Source of the DNA: a virus
Taxonomy: Duplodnaviria > Caudoviricetes
Length of the DNA stretch: 55,667 bases
IMG/VR virus record: IMGVR_UViG_3300023171_000315
Location: 1 to 55,667 of that record
Direction: 5' to 3' (one strand)
In this document: piece by piece, positions 1 through 9,892 of the stretch
Position numbering within the stretch: position 1 is the stretch's first letter
How the letters are laid out: every line of letters starts with the position of its first letter
Position numbers and translations under genes: made by a program
The notes under the pieces: generated by a model
Databases searched by the model: none
What the model was told of the DNA's origin: nothing
The model's input: the letters and a program-made list of their open reading frames with translations, nothing else

Positions 1-1125
1 GTGCTTACACCGAAAATTATTCTATATGTTCATAAAACCTACGCGGATGGTTCGCATCCAATAATTCTTCAGGTTGTTGATAGTGGTAAGCCAATTCGAA
101 AGGTTATTGCTAGATGTAAAAAATCTGATTGGCTCATCTCTAAAAATAGAGTTTCTCCAAGGCATCTTGAGGGACCGCGCATTAATAATTTAATTGAAAT
201 AGCACTGAGAGATTTTGGTATTGAAAAAGGATTAGATTTTTTTGAGTTCTTCCAGGCTGAAATAGATAAATTAGTACAACTTCAGCAAGCTTCCCAACAT
301 AGTACCTTTCAGATGGTTTATAAGCAGATTCATGAATATGCGCCCAAATTGGCATGGAAAACATTGAATGAAAAATTTATCCTTGATTTCTCTTATCATC
401 TAGCAATAAAGAATAATAAAAATTCGATCCGTTTGAAAATGCAGGTGCTCGGTAAAATAATAAAGCTAGCCAAAAAAGCTAAATTAATTAAAGAAAATCC
501 AATGGAGGATTTAAAATTTGGGAAAGCTAAATCTATTAAAAATAAACTCAATGTATCCGAGATTCAGAAATTAATCAGTGCACAACTTTCAGGGAAGGAG
601 GGTGCGTCTAGAGATATATTTATAGCATCTATTTTCCTGCGAGGCACCAGGATTAGCGACTTGCTATGTCTGACGGAAAAGAATTTAAGAGGCGATAGAT
701 TGGTATTCATTGAAAACAAAACTGGAAAGATTAATAACTATGCCACTAACGATAATCTTCAGGGAATAATTAACAGGAATACAGGGAAAAGCAAACATGG
801 TTACATATTTGATTTTTTAGATATACCAGTTGAGTTGATTAAAGATAAATTTAAACTCAAAAAATCCGTTACCAGGGCAAATTCAATTATTAGATATCAT
901 TTACTGAAAATAACGAAGGCTCTAAAAATTGACAAGAATATATCGATGCATATTGCAAGGCATAGTTTTTCAAGACTAGCTAGCAATACCATACAGGATA
1001 CAACAGTAACAATGGGATTAGTTGGCCATTCATCATTATCAATTCATGAAGCATACATTACTGAAATTTCTGATGATGCCGTAATGGATGGTTATGCTCA
1101 GCAAGTTTTTGATAAGCTAAAATAG
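1..1125 (+). CDS. int: Tyrosine integrase (N-terminal arm-binding, SAM-like and catalytic domains)
   Basis: GTRISDL (R), HIARHSF (HxxR), GHSS and downstream Y catalytic motifs; Bacteroidota-type N-terminus (DGSHPIILQV). GTG start lies at the window edge. Confidence 0.92.
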   Translation: MLTPKIILYVHKTYADGSHPIILQVVDSGKPIRKVIARCKKSDWLISKNRVSPRHLEGPRINNLIEIALRDFGIEKGLDFFEFFQAEIDKLVQLQQASQHSTFQMVYKQIHEYAPKLAWKTLNEKFILDFSYHLAIKNNKNSIRLKMQVLGKIIKLAKKAKLIKENPMEDLKFGKAKSIKNKLNVSEIQKLISAQLSGKEGASRDIFIASIFLRGTRISDLLCLTEKNLRGDRLVFIENKTGKINNYATNDNLQGIINRNTGKSKHGYIFDFLDIPVELIKDKFKLKKSVTRANSIIRYHLLKITKALKIDKNISMHIARHSFSRLASNTIQDTTVTMGLVGHSSLSIHEAYITEISDDAVMDGYAQQVFDKLK

Positions 1126-1680
1126 TTTAAACTTCTTAACTAAAAACATAACTACCCCAACCAAAGCTAAAACTATCACAATTAAGCCAACTAACCAGAT
1201 CCCCATTTTTGCAGGTTCTTTTTTTACCGCAACCTTTCTGCTTGTTTTATGTTCAGTAACCAATACGGCTTCCTTCACTTTGCTTTGTTGAGTAACATCC
1301 TTATTTATGGTGGTCGTTTTATCAACATGGAAATTGAAGGAACGAGGTTTAATTGTGACTACGGTTTTAAGCTTTTTTGTATTTGTATCTAGGGTTTGCT
1401 TAACTTCAACCAAATCATTGCTGATCGAGGTTAATCCGTTAACCAAGCTATCCATGTTAAAGAAGGCTTCATTAGTTACAACTTCTTTTTTGGTTACTAC
1501 GGTACTGTCGGCGCTTTCTTTAATTACAATTGTCGACTTATCAAGAATTATCCCAAGACTATCGCGTTTAACCTCTAATTTGGTTTCCGAGCTTTCCTTA
1601 AGAATGTCTTTGCTCGTTCGCTTAAAAATACCACAACTCGATAACGAAGTCACGGCAATAATGAATATTAGCTTTCTCAT
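1117..1680 (-). CDS. Putative unimolecular spanin (lipoprotein with C-terminal TM helix)
   Basis: Lipobox SLSSC at the N-terminus, hydrophobic C-terminal helix followed by KKFK, last gene of the lysis cassette. Confidence 0.65.
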   Translation of the reverse strand: MRKLIFIIAVTSLSSCGIFKRTSKDILKESSETKLEVKRDSLGIILDKSTIVIKESADSTVVTKKEVVTNEAFFNMDSLVNGLTSISNDLVEVKQTLDTNTKKLKTVVTIKPRSFNFHVDKTTTINKDVTQQSKVKEAVLVTEHKTSRKVAVKKEPAKMGIWLVGLIVIVLALVGVVMFLVKKFKLF

Positions 1681-1847
1681 TGGAGTACTTCCCTTAAATT
1701 ATGCATGCTTTGATCGAGGCTGTCAACCTTTGAACTAAACGTTGGTTGCTCAACTAATTTCACTCGTTCTGGTGAATAAACAACTCTACGTGGTGATGCT
1801 CCTGCAAGGCATAATAAAACCGCTGGTATAATTAGTAATTTTTTCAT
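1677..1847 (-). CDS. Small 56-aa exported or membrane protein in the lysis cassette (not in ORF track)
   Basis: MKKLLIIPAVLLCLAGASPRR...LREVLQ*; ATGA overlaps with both neighbouring genes. Confidence 0.6.
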   Translation of the reverse strand: MKKLLIIPAVLLCLAGASPRRVVYSPERVKLVEQPTFSSKVDSLDQSMHNLREVLQ

Positions 1848-2206
1848 TTTCGTTTATTAAAGTATTCTTTAACTGATTGAACCGTTTCATTGATATTATT
1901 TAGTGATGTATCAACCTTTTTAGAAGAACTATCCTGAGAAGCTTTGATTGGCTCAAGCTGCTTTGGCAATTCAGAAAGCACCCTTTCTTTTACTGCAGCA
2001 TTAATCTTTTCATTAAGACTAGTGATGTCTGCTCTCCAGGCCTTATCCTTATTCTTGGCCTCATTGTATTGCATAAAATTCAATCCAACTGAAAGGACTA
2101 AAAGGGTTGCAAATGGATTCTCTTTAATCGCAGAAAACAATCTATCAAACATCCTTTCAATCCATGCCCCTTTTCTATCAATTATATCTTGTTGTTCTTC
2201 TGCCAT
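1844..2206 (-). CDS. Single-TM coiled-coil protein, holin or inner-membrane lysis factor candidate
   Basis: One hydrophobic segment (FATLLVLSVGLNF) then a coiled coil; directly downstream of the endolysin. Confidence 0.5.
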   Translation of the reverse strand: MAEEQQDIIDRKGAWIERMFDRLFSAIKENPFATLLVLSVGLNFMQYNEAKNKDKAWRADITSLNEKINAAVKERVLSELPKQLEPIKASQDSSSKKVDTSLNNINETVQSVKEYFNKRK

Positions 2207-2260
2207 TACTATATGATGATGTTCTGCAAATATCTTTCCTTTACTCGCGTGGGCGAGGTG

Positions 2261-2809
2261 TTAGGGCTTACTAAATGGCTTTAATCTACTCAACCAAGAT
2301 TTAAGGAATTGGGCTTGATTGCCTTTCGCCCACGAACGATATGCAAATTCTCGCGCAGAATTATATGCTTTGTGAATCTCAGCCTGATTACCCGAATTTA
2401 AAGCAGCAAGTGTTGCTGGTCCTATCTTTCCATCCTCGACAACCTTCAATACTTTTTGCAAGAACTTTGCAGCCCTACCCGTTCCAGAGTTAACGCCAAA
2501 GTCATAGACTGTATTAGCAACTTGCTGATCATTGAACTGATCTAACTTATTCACATCCCAAAAATTTGATTTCCAAAAAGCAATCTCCTTCTCATGAAGT
2601 GTTGGATCTAACCTGCCATATTTATTAATAATCGCGGTTGATTTTCCATACTTCTGTTTAATCCCGTCGATTATTTTCCATCCACTCCAAGTGGGAAAGT
2701 TATTACGGCTTATCCCCGCCCATGTTTCGCCTCCAGTATCTGCTGGATTATTTGCATACAACCCCTCATTAACCCCTGTAATTTTATATGCTATTTCAAA
2801 CTTTGCCAT
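2261..2809 (-). CDS. Endolysin, glycoside hydrolase family 108 with PG-binding domain
   Basis: EGLYANNPADTGGETWAGIS (EGxY...DxGGxT), DFGVNSG and DGKIGPATLAA motifs. Confidence 0.9.
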   Translation of the reverse strand: MAKFEIAYKITGVNEGLYANNPADTGGETWAGISRNNFPTWSGWKIIDGIKQKYGKSTAIINKYGRLDPTLHEKEIAFWKSNFWDVNKLDQFNDQQVANTVYDFGVNSGTGRAAKFLQKVLKVVEDGKIGPATLAALNSGNQAEIHKAYNSAREFAYRSWAKGNQAQFLKSWLSRLKPFSKP

Positions 2810-2811
2810 AA

Positions 2812-4056
2812 CTACAATGACGCCCCCACGCCTTTAAATTTGCTTGTCAAATCCGCGTTAACAGCATCACTAATTTTATCAAAGTATAAATTTTGACCAG
2901 AAATTATTAAAGTCGTTTTCTTGTCGTCGTATTGACCGAAAACCATTTTATTACCTGATATCACTTTATAATCTCTTGTTGGTTTACCGCCCTCTTGTCC
3001 TACTAAAGTTGCTCCCAAATTATTGTAATATTCTACTTTACCAAGAGTATTATAAAGAGTTAGTAATTCCCCCGCCCAATCAGTTGTTTTGTTTAAGTTT
3101 AAGGCGGTGTTATTGTATACTTTAGCATCTGCAGGTTGCGCTTGACGTTCAATAAAGTCAGGAGAAAACTGTAATTCAATCAAACCATATTTATCTCCAT
3201 CTACGCCAATATTATTGTAAATCTCCACCACTTTTCTTCCGTCGATACTATGAGGCCATATGCGCGCTAAATAACCTTGATAATTCGATGCTTTGTTATC
3301 GTGAAGCTTTCCTGTTGCCTTAAGGTAGAACATGCCGTTATCTTCATTATTTTGCTTATTGATATTTGTAAAACTATTTCCATAAATATCAAAGTCAAAA
3401 CCATTACCCAAGTAAACCATAAACTTCGAACCTAGATTGTTTTTTATGGTATTATTTATGAACTGGAAAGACTTGATTACACCATCATGAGTATTCAATG
3501 ATCTTACATTTCCATCTGAATGGAAAGGCCTGCCACCTCCGTCAAAACTAAAACCGTCTATGTTTAGTCGGTCAATAAATGTTCCTTCAACTCCTGGTTT
3601 GTAAACTACTTTATCAGCTTGAACCGTTTGGATCTGATAACCTGAAATATTCTGAAGTGTCAATCCTTTGTATCGCGCATTAATACTTTTACCATGGATA
3701 AGTAAAGCCTGATAGGAGTCTTTTACTTTAACCTTACTCAAATCAAATGAGCAGTTTTTAATATCTCTATGGTTTGCAGTTTGATTTGTTTCGACTCCCG
3801 TAACAACAAAATCAACTCCTTCAACTCCCTCGAGCTTGGCATAATCAGCATAACTAATCTCACGTGGTTTGTTGGGTGATGGAACGTTGATCGGGCCAGT
3901 TGGTGCTTTAGGCAAAGCATCAAATGCTTTCTGAACAGCTGCCTGAGCAATACTGCCAGTAACATCAAACTCAATACCGCTAGCAAGTTTTACTGTTCTT
4001 GTGGGCTCGCTGTAGACATATTCAACAGCCTTACCATTTACTTTAATCGTTGCCAT
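2812..4056 (-). CDS. Parallel beta-helix protein, possible tailspike or depolymerase
   Basis: Asn/Gly-rich repeating strands (FINNTI, IYGNSF, IYNNIG, VYNNTA, YYNNLG) at the end of the tail module. Confidence 0.6.
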   Translation of the reverse strand: MATIKVNGKAVEYVYSEPTRTVKLASGIEFDVTGSIAQAAVQKAFDALPKAPTGPINVPSPNKPREISYADYAKLEGVEGVDFVVTGVETNQTANHRDIKNCSFDLSKVKVKDSYQALLIHGKSINARYKGLTLQNISGYQIQTVQADKVVYKPGVEGTFIDRLNIDGFSFDGGGRPFHSDGNVRSLNTHDGVIKSFQFINNTIKNNLGSKFMVYLGNGFDFDIYGNSFTNINKQNNEDNGMFYLKATGKLHDNKASNYQGYLARIWPHSIDGRKVVEIYNNIGVDGDKYGLIELQFSPDFIERQAQPADAKVYNNTALNLNKTTDWAGELLTLYNTLGKVEYYNNLGATLVGQEGGKPTRDYKVISGNKMVFGQYDDKKTTLIISGQNLYFDKISDAVNADLTSKFKGVGASL

Positions 4057-4058
4057 AA

Positions 4059-4607
4059 TTATAATTTTTTAAATCCTAAATATTGAATATTGTTTAAATG
4101 CATATCGTTAGTGCCTAGTACATCATCAGCATTTGCCGTTTTGAAGTAAAGAGATCCAGCATATCTAGTGTCTGATCTAAAAGTTATCCAAGAACCTTCC
4201 CCGTCCAATGAGTACTCGAAATAAATTGTTGTAGCATCAAATCTGATTCGTCTTGGTGTTTCTCTTGGAACTCCTTCTCCCGAAGTTTGTCCGTCATTAT
4301 CAATATGGCTTTCAAGCACAATAAAGTCACCTGAGTTATTTCTCTTTATTGAGTACTTTGCCTGATAAAAATAAACGAGGTTGGTGCTGTCGATGTCTAG
4401 TATGATGGGCAAATCCCCTTGTCCCTTTATCCAACCGATCGCCCCAGCTTCTAAGTATAACCTTGATCTACCCCTTGCCGTGCCAACAACATTATTTCCA
4501 GAGGCTACCATATCTCCTTCAAGTTCTAGCCAGTCAGATGGGATTAGGTTAGACGCTGAACTTAATACTGGTTTAGTCGCCAGAATGCCCATACCTGCGG
4601 TAATCAT
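4059..4607 (-). CDS. Tail-associated beta-sandwich protein (likely start MITAGMG at 4607)
   Basis: ATG overlaps the stop of the upstream gene (ATGA); the track extension to 4775 overlaps another CDS. Confidence 0.55.
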   Translation of the reverse strand: MITAGMGILATKPVLSSASNLIPSDWLELEGDMVASGNNVVGTARGRSRLYLEAGAIGWIKGQGDLPIILDIDSTNLVYFYQAKYSIKRNNSGDFIVLESHIDNDGQTSGEGVPRETPRRIRFDATTIYFEYSLDGEGSWITFRSDTRYAGSLYFKTANADDVLGTNDMHLNNIQYLGFKKL

Positions 4608-5098
4608 GCGACTAAATCCCCCGCTACTACCCACGTGTTGGTAGCGATCTTGTGCAAGAAAGCCATTGAGTTCTGCACTCTTAGTTTCAATCCAGTTGAA
4701 GTAATTAAGGTTGTCCCCGTTCCTGCAACGATGGTTACCTGACCAGCGCCCAATTGAACAATTGGAATACTGCAACCGATTGGAAACGCAACCGAAGAAT
4801 TTTGGGGAACGGTGACATTTGTTGCTGTACCTAAAGTCTGGGTAATGGTTTTTCCGTTGTCCGCAAGGACGAGCGTGTAAGAAGCAACATTAGCCTGGAT
4901 GGCTAAATTTAAATTCTGTTTTAACCCATCATTACCATTCAGCTTGTTAATGGCAGCAACAACAGTATCAGTCGCAGCAACAGTTCCAGCACCCGATGCA
5001 TAACCAGTAATTAAAACATCAGAACCTAACAAAGTATCACCAGATTGAAGTTCTTTCGCTGCGCCTGAATAATTAGCTATAGGTTTTTTAGCTGCCAT
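4604..5098 (-). CDS. Tail fibre-associated protein
   Basis: YTLVLADNGK...VTVP...AFPIG...IVQLGAGQVTI...WVVAGDL, a C-terminal pattern typical of phage fibre proteins. Confidence 0.65.
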   Translation of the reverse strand: MAAKKPIANYSGAAKELQSGDTLLGSDVLITGYASGAGTVAATDTVVAAINKLNGNDGLKQNLNLAIQANVASYTLVLADNGKTITQTLGTATNVTVPQNSSVAFPIGCSIPIVQLGAGQVTIVAGTGTTLITSTGLKLRVQNSMAFLHKIATNTWVVAGDLVA

Positions 5099-5102
5099 TT
5101 TA

Positions 5103-5618
5103 TTATGCTAATTCAATAGTCGGCTGAATTTCCACAAGCATTTCTGTTGCAGAAGTAGCAACACCTAACTTTTGAATAATCTTACCCGTTCCCGTAGGCG
5201 CAGTTGCTGTTGCTCTACCTGGTGTTGAAGCTGAAAGAAAATGGTTAACTCCAATAGTTAATCCAGATTGCTGGTTGTTTAGATTACCATAATAAACTGT
5301 TGCGTTCGCTCCGCTAGTTACAACTGCTAAAACAAATCCATGCGCTTCTTTAGCATTTGACGAAGCATCAGCTTTTCTTACGTTCAATACACCCGCATTA
5401 GAATATACGTTTACAAAATCACCTGCTGCTAATGCTTCAGAAGCTAGTATCGATTTAGTTTCAATCGCCGTTCCTAAGGGCATAAAAGAAGCGTCTAATC
5501 TACCAGACGAATCAACTTCTGGAATTTTACCAGAGTCTCCTGCTCCAGCTGACATTGCAATTGTTGCTCCTTCAACAGTTGCTCCATTTGTCCCAATTTT
5601 TAAATACTTTGCTGCCAT
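5103..5618 (-). CDS. Virion structural protein (tail or decoration type)
   Basis: Ala/Gly/Thr-rich, ASEALAAGDFVNV...KADAS...AHGFV motif, in the tail operon. Confidence 0.55.
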   Translation of the reverse strand: MAAKYLKIGTNGATVEGATIAMSAGAGDSGKIPEVDSSGRLDASFMPLGTAIETKSILASEALAAGDFVNVYSNAGVLNVRKADASSNAKEAHGFVLAVVTSGANATVYYGNLNNQQSGLTIGVNHFLSASTPGRATATAPTGTGKIIQKLGVATSATEMLVEIQPTIELA

Positions 5619-5622
5619 AATG

Positions 5623-6075
5623 TTATAATGTGATTATTGGTGAATTGATATTGATATTTAAAGTGTTTTCAGATAGAGCGCTTCCGATTGGCTGAATAAT
5701 TTTAAGCCCCATTGGATTAGTCGTTAATGCACCGTTTGGTCCTGCGTAATAAAGCTTATCTGGAATCAATCCATAACCGCTTTCGTAAAATGTCCCGTTA
5801 AGTTTAATTCCAACTGATTGACCTGTCAACGAACTTGTTTTGGTTATACCTGTCACTAAGCCATACATTTCAACATCGCTAGGATCAAAGTAAATCGCAA
5901 CAGCTGACTTCACTACCACCACTCTTCCTGAACTCATATCCATTCCAGCAATTGCGGAGTAGTCCAGATTTGGGATACTAACATCTGGTTGCACAATTAT
6001 TTCCACTTCCAAAGCTGGAGGCGGATCAATTATGATTTCAATTATGAATTCTTCGTTCTCGATATCCTCCGCCAT
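5623..6075 (-). CDS. Virion structural protein, distantly similar to the 5103-5618 product
   Basis: Shared C-terminal pattern (GL...Y...G...T...IIQxxG.A.S...I.I.P.I.L). Confidence 0.5.
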   Translation of the reverse strand: MAEDIENEEFIIEIIIDPPPALEVEIIVQPDVSIPNLDYSAIAGMDMSSGRVVVVKSAVAIYFDPSDVEMYGLVTGITKTSSLTGQSVGIKLNGTFYESGYGLIPDKLYYAGPNGALTTNPMGLKIIQPIGSALSENTLNININSPIITL

Positions 6076-6077
6076 AA

Positions 6078-6458
6078 CTAATCTGGTTTAGGAACATTTT
6101 GCACAACTTCGAACTCAAAGGTCCTGTAAGTTTGTAGAAAACTATTATCCGCTAGATCGTAAATATCTAGGTCACCTTTATGAATGCCTGCAGGTATTTT
6201 CCATTGATTTATTTCAGGGAAACTTACTTTACCAGTAATTCCATCGGGCTCTAGTATTAATAGATGTTCACTACCTTCAGCACTTGACCATCTAAAACTT
6301 TCTTCACCTAGTTCATCGAAAAGTATTAATTCAACTAATTTGCCTGCAAGAGATAGATATTCTTCGGAAAGTTTCTTTCGCAAAAGCATAGCAAAAGCAC
6401 GTAAGCCATTCTTTAAATAATACTTTTCTTCAATCCTTGTTACTCCTACGCTTGCCAT
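6078..6458 (-). CDS. Tail/baseplate-associated protein (possibly BppU-like)
   Basis: First gene after a late-type promoter; 126 aa, beta-rich. Confidence 0.4.
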   Translation of the reverse strand: MASVGVTRIEEKYYLKNGLRAFAMLLRKKLSEEYLSLAGKLVELILFDELGEESFRWSSAEGSEHLLILEPDGITGKVSFPEINQWKIPAGIHKGDLDIYDLADNSFLQTYRTFEFEVVQNVPKPD

Positions 6459-6524
6459 AATCCAAAATTACCCAACATGGAAGCCAACGAGAACCTAACA
6501 ACCTTACTCACAAGACATAGTAAG

Positions 6525-8438
6525 TTATCCTATTGCAAATCTGTAGGTATTATCTTCTGTTGGGATTATGGCTACAATTTGCGCTTGTAAATCATCTTGA
6601 GCGATAAATGGGCTATTCGTCGATGCACCACCACCGCTTGTTGCTCCTGCTCCAATGGGAACCTGAATGGTTTGAGTAACTCCTGAAATATTTCCGTAAA
6701 CTTCAACATCAATGGCGATATTAAGATCAGGCGCATGGTCGATAACCAAATCAACAACAGCATTTCTTGCACCGCTATGCGCAACAGATTGAACAGATAC
6801 TGTAGCAATTGGCTTTAACATTGCGCAAGTGCCATTCGCTGGATCATTCGCAAATGCTTGACCCTCTATCAAATAATTCGTGTCAGCCATTGCAGCAGTT
6901 TGTGCAGCTGCTTTACTTACTGATGATGTATATTTCTTTCTGAAAGTCACCTGAGTACCTGAATAACCTACTCCACAATCATTCCTAGTAAACGGCTCCG
7001 CTCGTTCATAGGAATATGCCCGTGGTTGTTGAATGGCTCCTGGTTGTTTAATTGCGTTTGCCTGAGCAATAGTTTTTCTCAACAACTTTGTTGCAAAATC
7101 GATATCCGGATAGTCACTTAAAACGATCTCGGTTACTTTATCCAAGATATAATCCATTTTAAAAGATTCAATCGGAATTAGGCGATTTACTCCAAGGGAT
7201 GCATCGGTAAGTAAAGCCAATTCGCCCTCTATTAATTTTCTGCCTTTTCTTTTAAAATCGATTGGATCTGGAGTAACCTCATATTTAGATTTATAGTAGT
7301 TAACCGAATTAAAATAATCAGTGCCAAATTGCAGCAAAACAGCTTCCCATTGAGTTACAAATGCAGTCGGCATATCAATATCAACCACAATAAAGAGATC
7401 GCCGATTGAAGCCTCTATTCCAGGTTGCGGCACAACCAAAGACTGTTCGGTTTTAACGGTATCAATTACAAACTTTTTTGTTGAATTATCAAATGATGAT
7501 ATCTCAATTTCATAACCTGCCAATTGTCCTGTTTGAAATATTACCTTCGCTGTTAAGCCTGGCTTTAAAGCGGTGTTAACATTGAAAGGAATATCAATAC
7601 ACTCGAAAGTAAATTCATCAGTGGTATCACTTACTGTCCCTATAAATTGAGGGTAAACTTCTGGAAACTCAACGTTATCTTCATTTGTCGGAGGATTGTT
7701 TGGGCTTGGCGTCAACTCCAAAGGTCCATTTAATTGTAGCTTTTGCGAAAAGTTACGATATCCATCAGGAAGATTACGAGAGCCACCAAAAACGGTTAAC
7801 CTGGTTACTGGTGCATTCTCACTTTCATTGGTTCGCTTTATCTCATATAATCCATTTCCTTGTCCATAAGCAAATGATAACCCACTATTCTTAGTCTTTA
7901 CTTTAAAATTGATGGTGCGATTGGTAAACCAAACCTCTGTTTGAAATACATCAACTAATTGAGATATCGCCTCTAAGCAGTTGGCATTACTAAAATTCAC
8001 CAATCGAGTTTCTGTAACGTCGATCGCTCCCAATGACCAAACACCTGGCCATTCTCGATTTAGATTTAAAATTAACAGATTGGCAAAAGTGAGAAGGTCT
8101 CCATTGATACTGAAATCCTTTTCCTTCAGCTGATTTGTCGGGTCAATCGAATAATATCTTAAGCGCTTAAATTTATACCACTCTGATTCAAAAATACAAT
8201 TAAACAAATGTCGCTTGTCGGCAAGTTTGGTAATTACGGGAAGTTTATCAATCAGGTAATAAGTATTACCCATTATCTCAACCGTATCATCTAATAATAA
8301 TGCTACTGGGCTGCTGACTGTCTGCATGAAGTCAAGCGCAACGAAGTTTACCCCGTTGCGTTGTCTTTGTAAATAACCACCAGCCAATGGATTGACATCC
8401 AAGATTGGCGTACCCCTTCGTTTAATTGTTAATGCCAT
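6525..8438 (-). CDS. Tail tip/hub (Tal-like) protein with a DUF5977-like repeat
   Basis: GQGNGLYEIKR...VTRLTVFGGSRNLP typical of Bacteroidota phage tail proteins; FTRNDCGVGYSG repeat near the C-terminus. Confidence 0.75.
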   Translation of the reverse strand: MALTIKRRGTPILDVNPLAGGYLQRQRNGVNFVALDFMQTVSSPVALLLDDTVEIMGNTYYLIDKLPVITKLADKRHLFNCIFESEWYKFKRLRYYSIDPTNQLKEKDFSINGDLLTFANLLILNLNREWPGVWSLGAIDVTETRLVNFSNANCLEAISQLVDVFQTEVWFTNRTINFKVKTKNSGLSFAYGQGNGLYEIKRTNESENAPVTRLTVFGGSRNLPDGYRNFSQKLQLNGPLELTPSPNNPPTNEDNVEFPEVYPQFIGTVSDTTDEFTFECIDIPFNVNTALKPGLTAKVIFQTGQLAGYEIEISSFDNSTKKFVIDTVKTEQSLVVPQPGIEASIGDLFIVVDIDMPTAFVTQWEAVLLQFGTDYFNSVNYYKSKYEVTPDPIDFKRKGRKLIEGELALLTDASLGVNRLIPIESFKMDYILDKVTEIVLSDYPDIDFATKLLRKTIAQANAIKQPGAIQQPRAYSYERAEPFTRNDCGVGYSGTQVTFRKKYTSSVSKAAAQTAAMADTNYLIEGQAFANDPANGTCAMLKPIATVSVQSVAHSGARNAVVDLVIDHAPDLNIAIDVEVYGNISGVTQTIQVPIGAGATSGGGASTNSPFIAQDDLQAQIVAIIPTEDNTYRFAIG

Positions 8439-9892
8439 TAGTATAATTCCAAAAACTCCGTATTATCTTCATCGAAATCATTCACTCCAAAGTCAAATAC
8501 ATAAATATCGGATTCGCTTGGTGTCCCAATCAAATCAACCATCTTATTCATGTAATTGATTGATTGAGTTGTATCGGCAAAACTGCTTTTACCCGTAATT
8601 GGAGTTCCGTCAGACTTGTTCTTACGCATCATTGACCCGTTAACGGCATAGTTATCAACTCCTGCCCCTAATTTAGCTGCAACTTTTTGAGGGTAAGCCA
8701 TTGTTGAAGGATCTGGATATCCAGCAGGGATTGAAGTTCCATACCATGCAATTCTTTTCCCTGACCAGTCGGCGATCAACGGTCTAAGGAAGTCTGCGCA
8801 TAAATCTGTAATTCTATCCACTGTTTTTCCTGAAGTATCCGTGCCTGGATGTAATCCATCTGGGATGACATTTGTAAAAGTGTTTACTCCATCCCTGTTT
8901 ATCACATTCATCTTTGTAGATAAATCTAAGAATGGAGCATTCCAGTAATCAGCGATAGCCTTTTGAGTAACAATGAGCGGCGCAGTTAAATTCTTGCCTG
9001 ACTTGTCTTTCGAGAAGAACCCGATAAAAGCAATAATCGCTCTAGGTTTTGCGTTCAATAGAGCAGAAATTACAGTATTGCTTGCTCCTTGAAACGTATT
9101 AAGGTTTTTGTTAGTTGAAGCCACATAACCTACTCTCTGAATCCCTGTGCTTATTCTTATTGTTCTGCCAGTTAACTGTGCATTCTCTACGTTTATTCTG
9201 ATGAAAGCGCTATTAGTAGGAGTGGTAAAGTTACCTAGCTCGTTTGGCTCACCACCACCGACCTTCCCAATTAATGATTGCGAAGGATTGTAGAAGAATA
9301 CTGTATTTGCAAAACCTTTATAAGAACAATAATACTCTTCATTTGGTTTAATTGGCAAAAATTGACTATAATTAAAACCACCGCCTACTGTTGGAATACC
9401 AGAGCCATCCAAATACATACCTGATGTGTAATTCATGTCTAAAGTAATGTTTGGGGCTGTTTCAGACTTAACTCCCTTAACTTTGCCGACGTACTCGGCT
9501 ACATCTACTATTTTTGTGTAGTCAGCTAAATCTATTGCAGACGAAGTATAATCGGCTATCCAGTTTGACCCATTAAAAATAAGTTTTGCAGATAAAACTG
9601 GATTTCCGGCAATACTTGCTGGGATTGTAATCGGAACGTTGTTAATATCCTTAAAATTTGGATAAGTAACACCTGGCTTGGCATCATAAACTTGAGCAAG
9701 TGCGGGACTACCAGGATTAGTAGAAGCAACAGCTAAACCTTTATAGTCACCTTTAATATCATTTATTGCGAAAAGATTTGTATCTCCGTTTATCGATACG
9801 CCTAGTATTTTTGCGCCAGCAATAGAAGTAGCTAAATTAAACTGATCTATGCTTTGGTTTTCATTTAATTGCGGTAATGTTTCTTCTGCCAT
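8438..9892 (-). CDS. Tail protein with circularly permuted SGNH/GDSL esterase domain
   Basis: DGLHP (block V) precedes WYGTSI (block I), NYAVNGS (block II) and FGVND (block III). Confidence 0.7.
   Translation of the reverse strand: MAEETLPQLNENQSIDQFNLATSIAGAKILGVSINGDTNLFAINDIKGDYKGLAVASTNPGSPALAQVYDAKPGVTYPNFKDINNVPITIPASIAGNPVLSAKLIFNGSNWIADYTSSAIDLADYTKIVDVAEYVGKVKGVKSETAPNITLDMNYTSGMYLDGSGIPTVGGGFNYSQFLPIKPNEEYYCSYKGFANTVFFYNPSQSLIGKVGGGEPNELGNFTTPTNSAFIRINVENAQLTGRTIRISTGIQRVGYVASTNKNLNTFQGASNTVISALLNAKPRAIIAFIGFFSKDKSGKNLTAPLIVTQKAIADYWNAPFLDLSTKMNVINRDGVNTFTNVIPDGLHPGTDTSGKTVDRITDLCADFLRPLIADWSGKRIAWYGTSIPAGYPDPSTMAYPQKVAAKLGAGVDNYAVNGSMMRKNKSDGTPITGKSSFADTTQSINYMNKMVDLIGTPSESDIYVFDFGVNDFDEDNTEFLELY

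Noticed and set aside
2812-9892. Tail fibre or spike genes as DGR targets
   Set aside because: No TR-like GGTTCT.GGTTCTCG...GTC.GTTCCC segment was seen by eye; a BLASTN-short search with TR would settle it.
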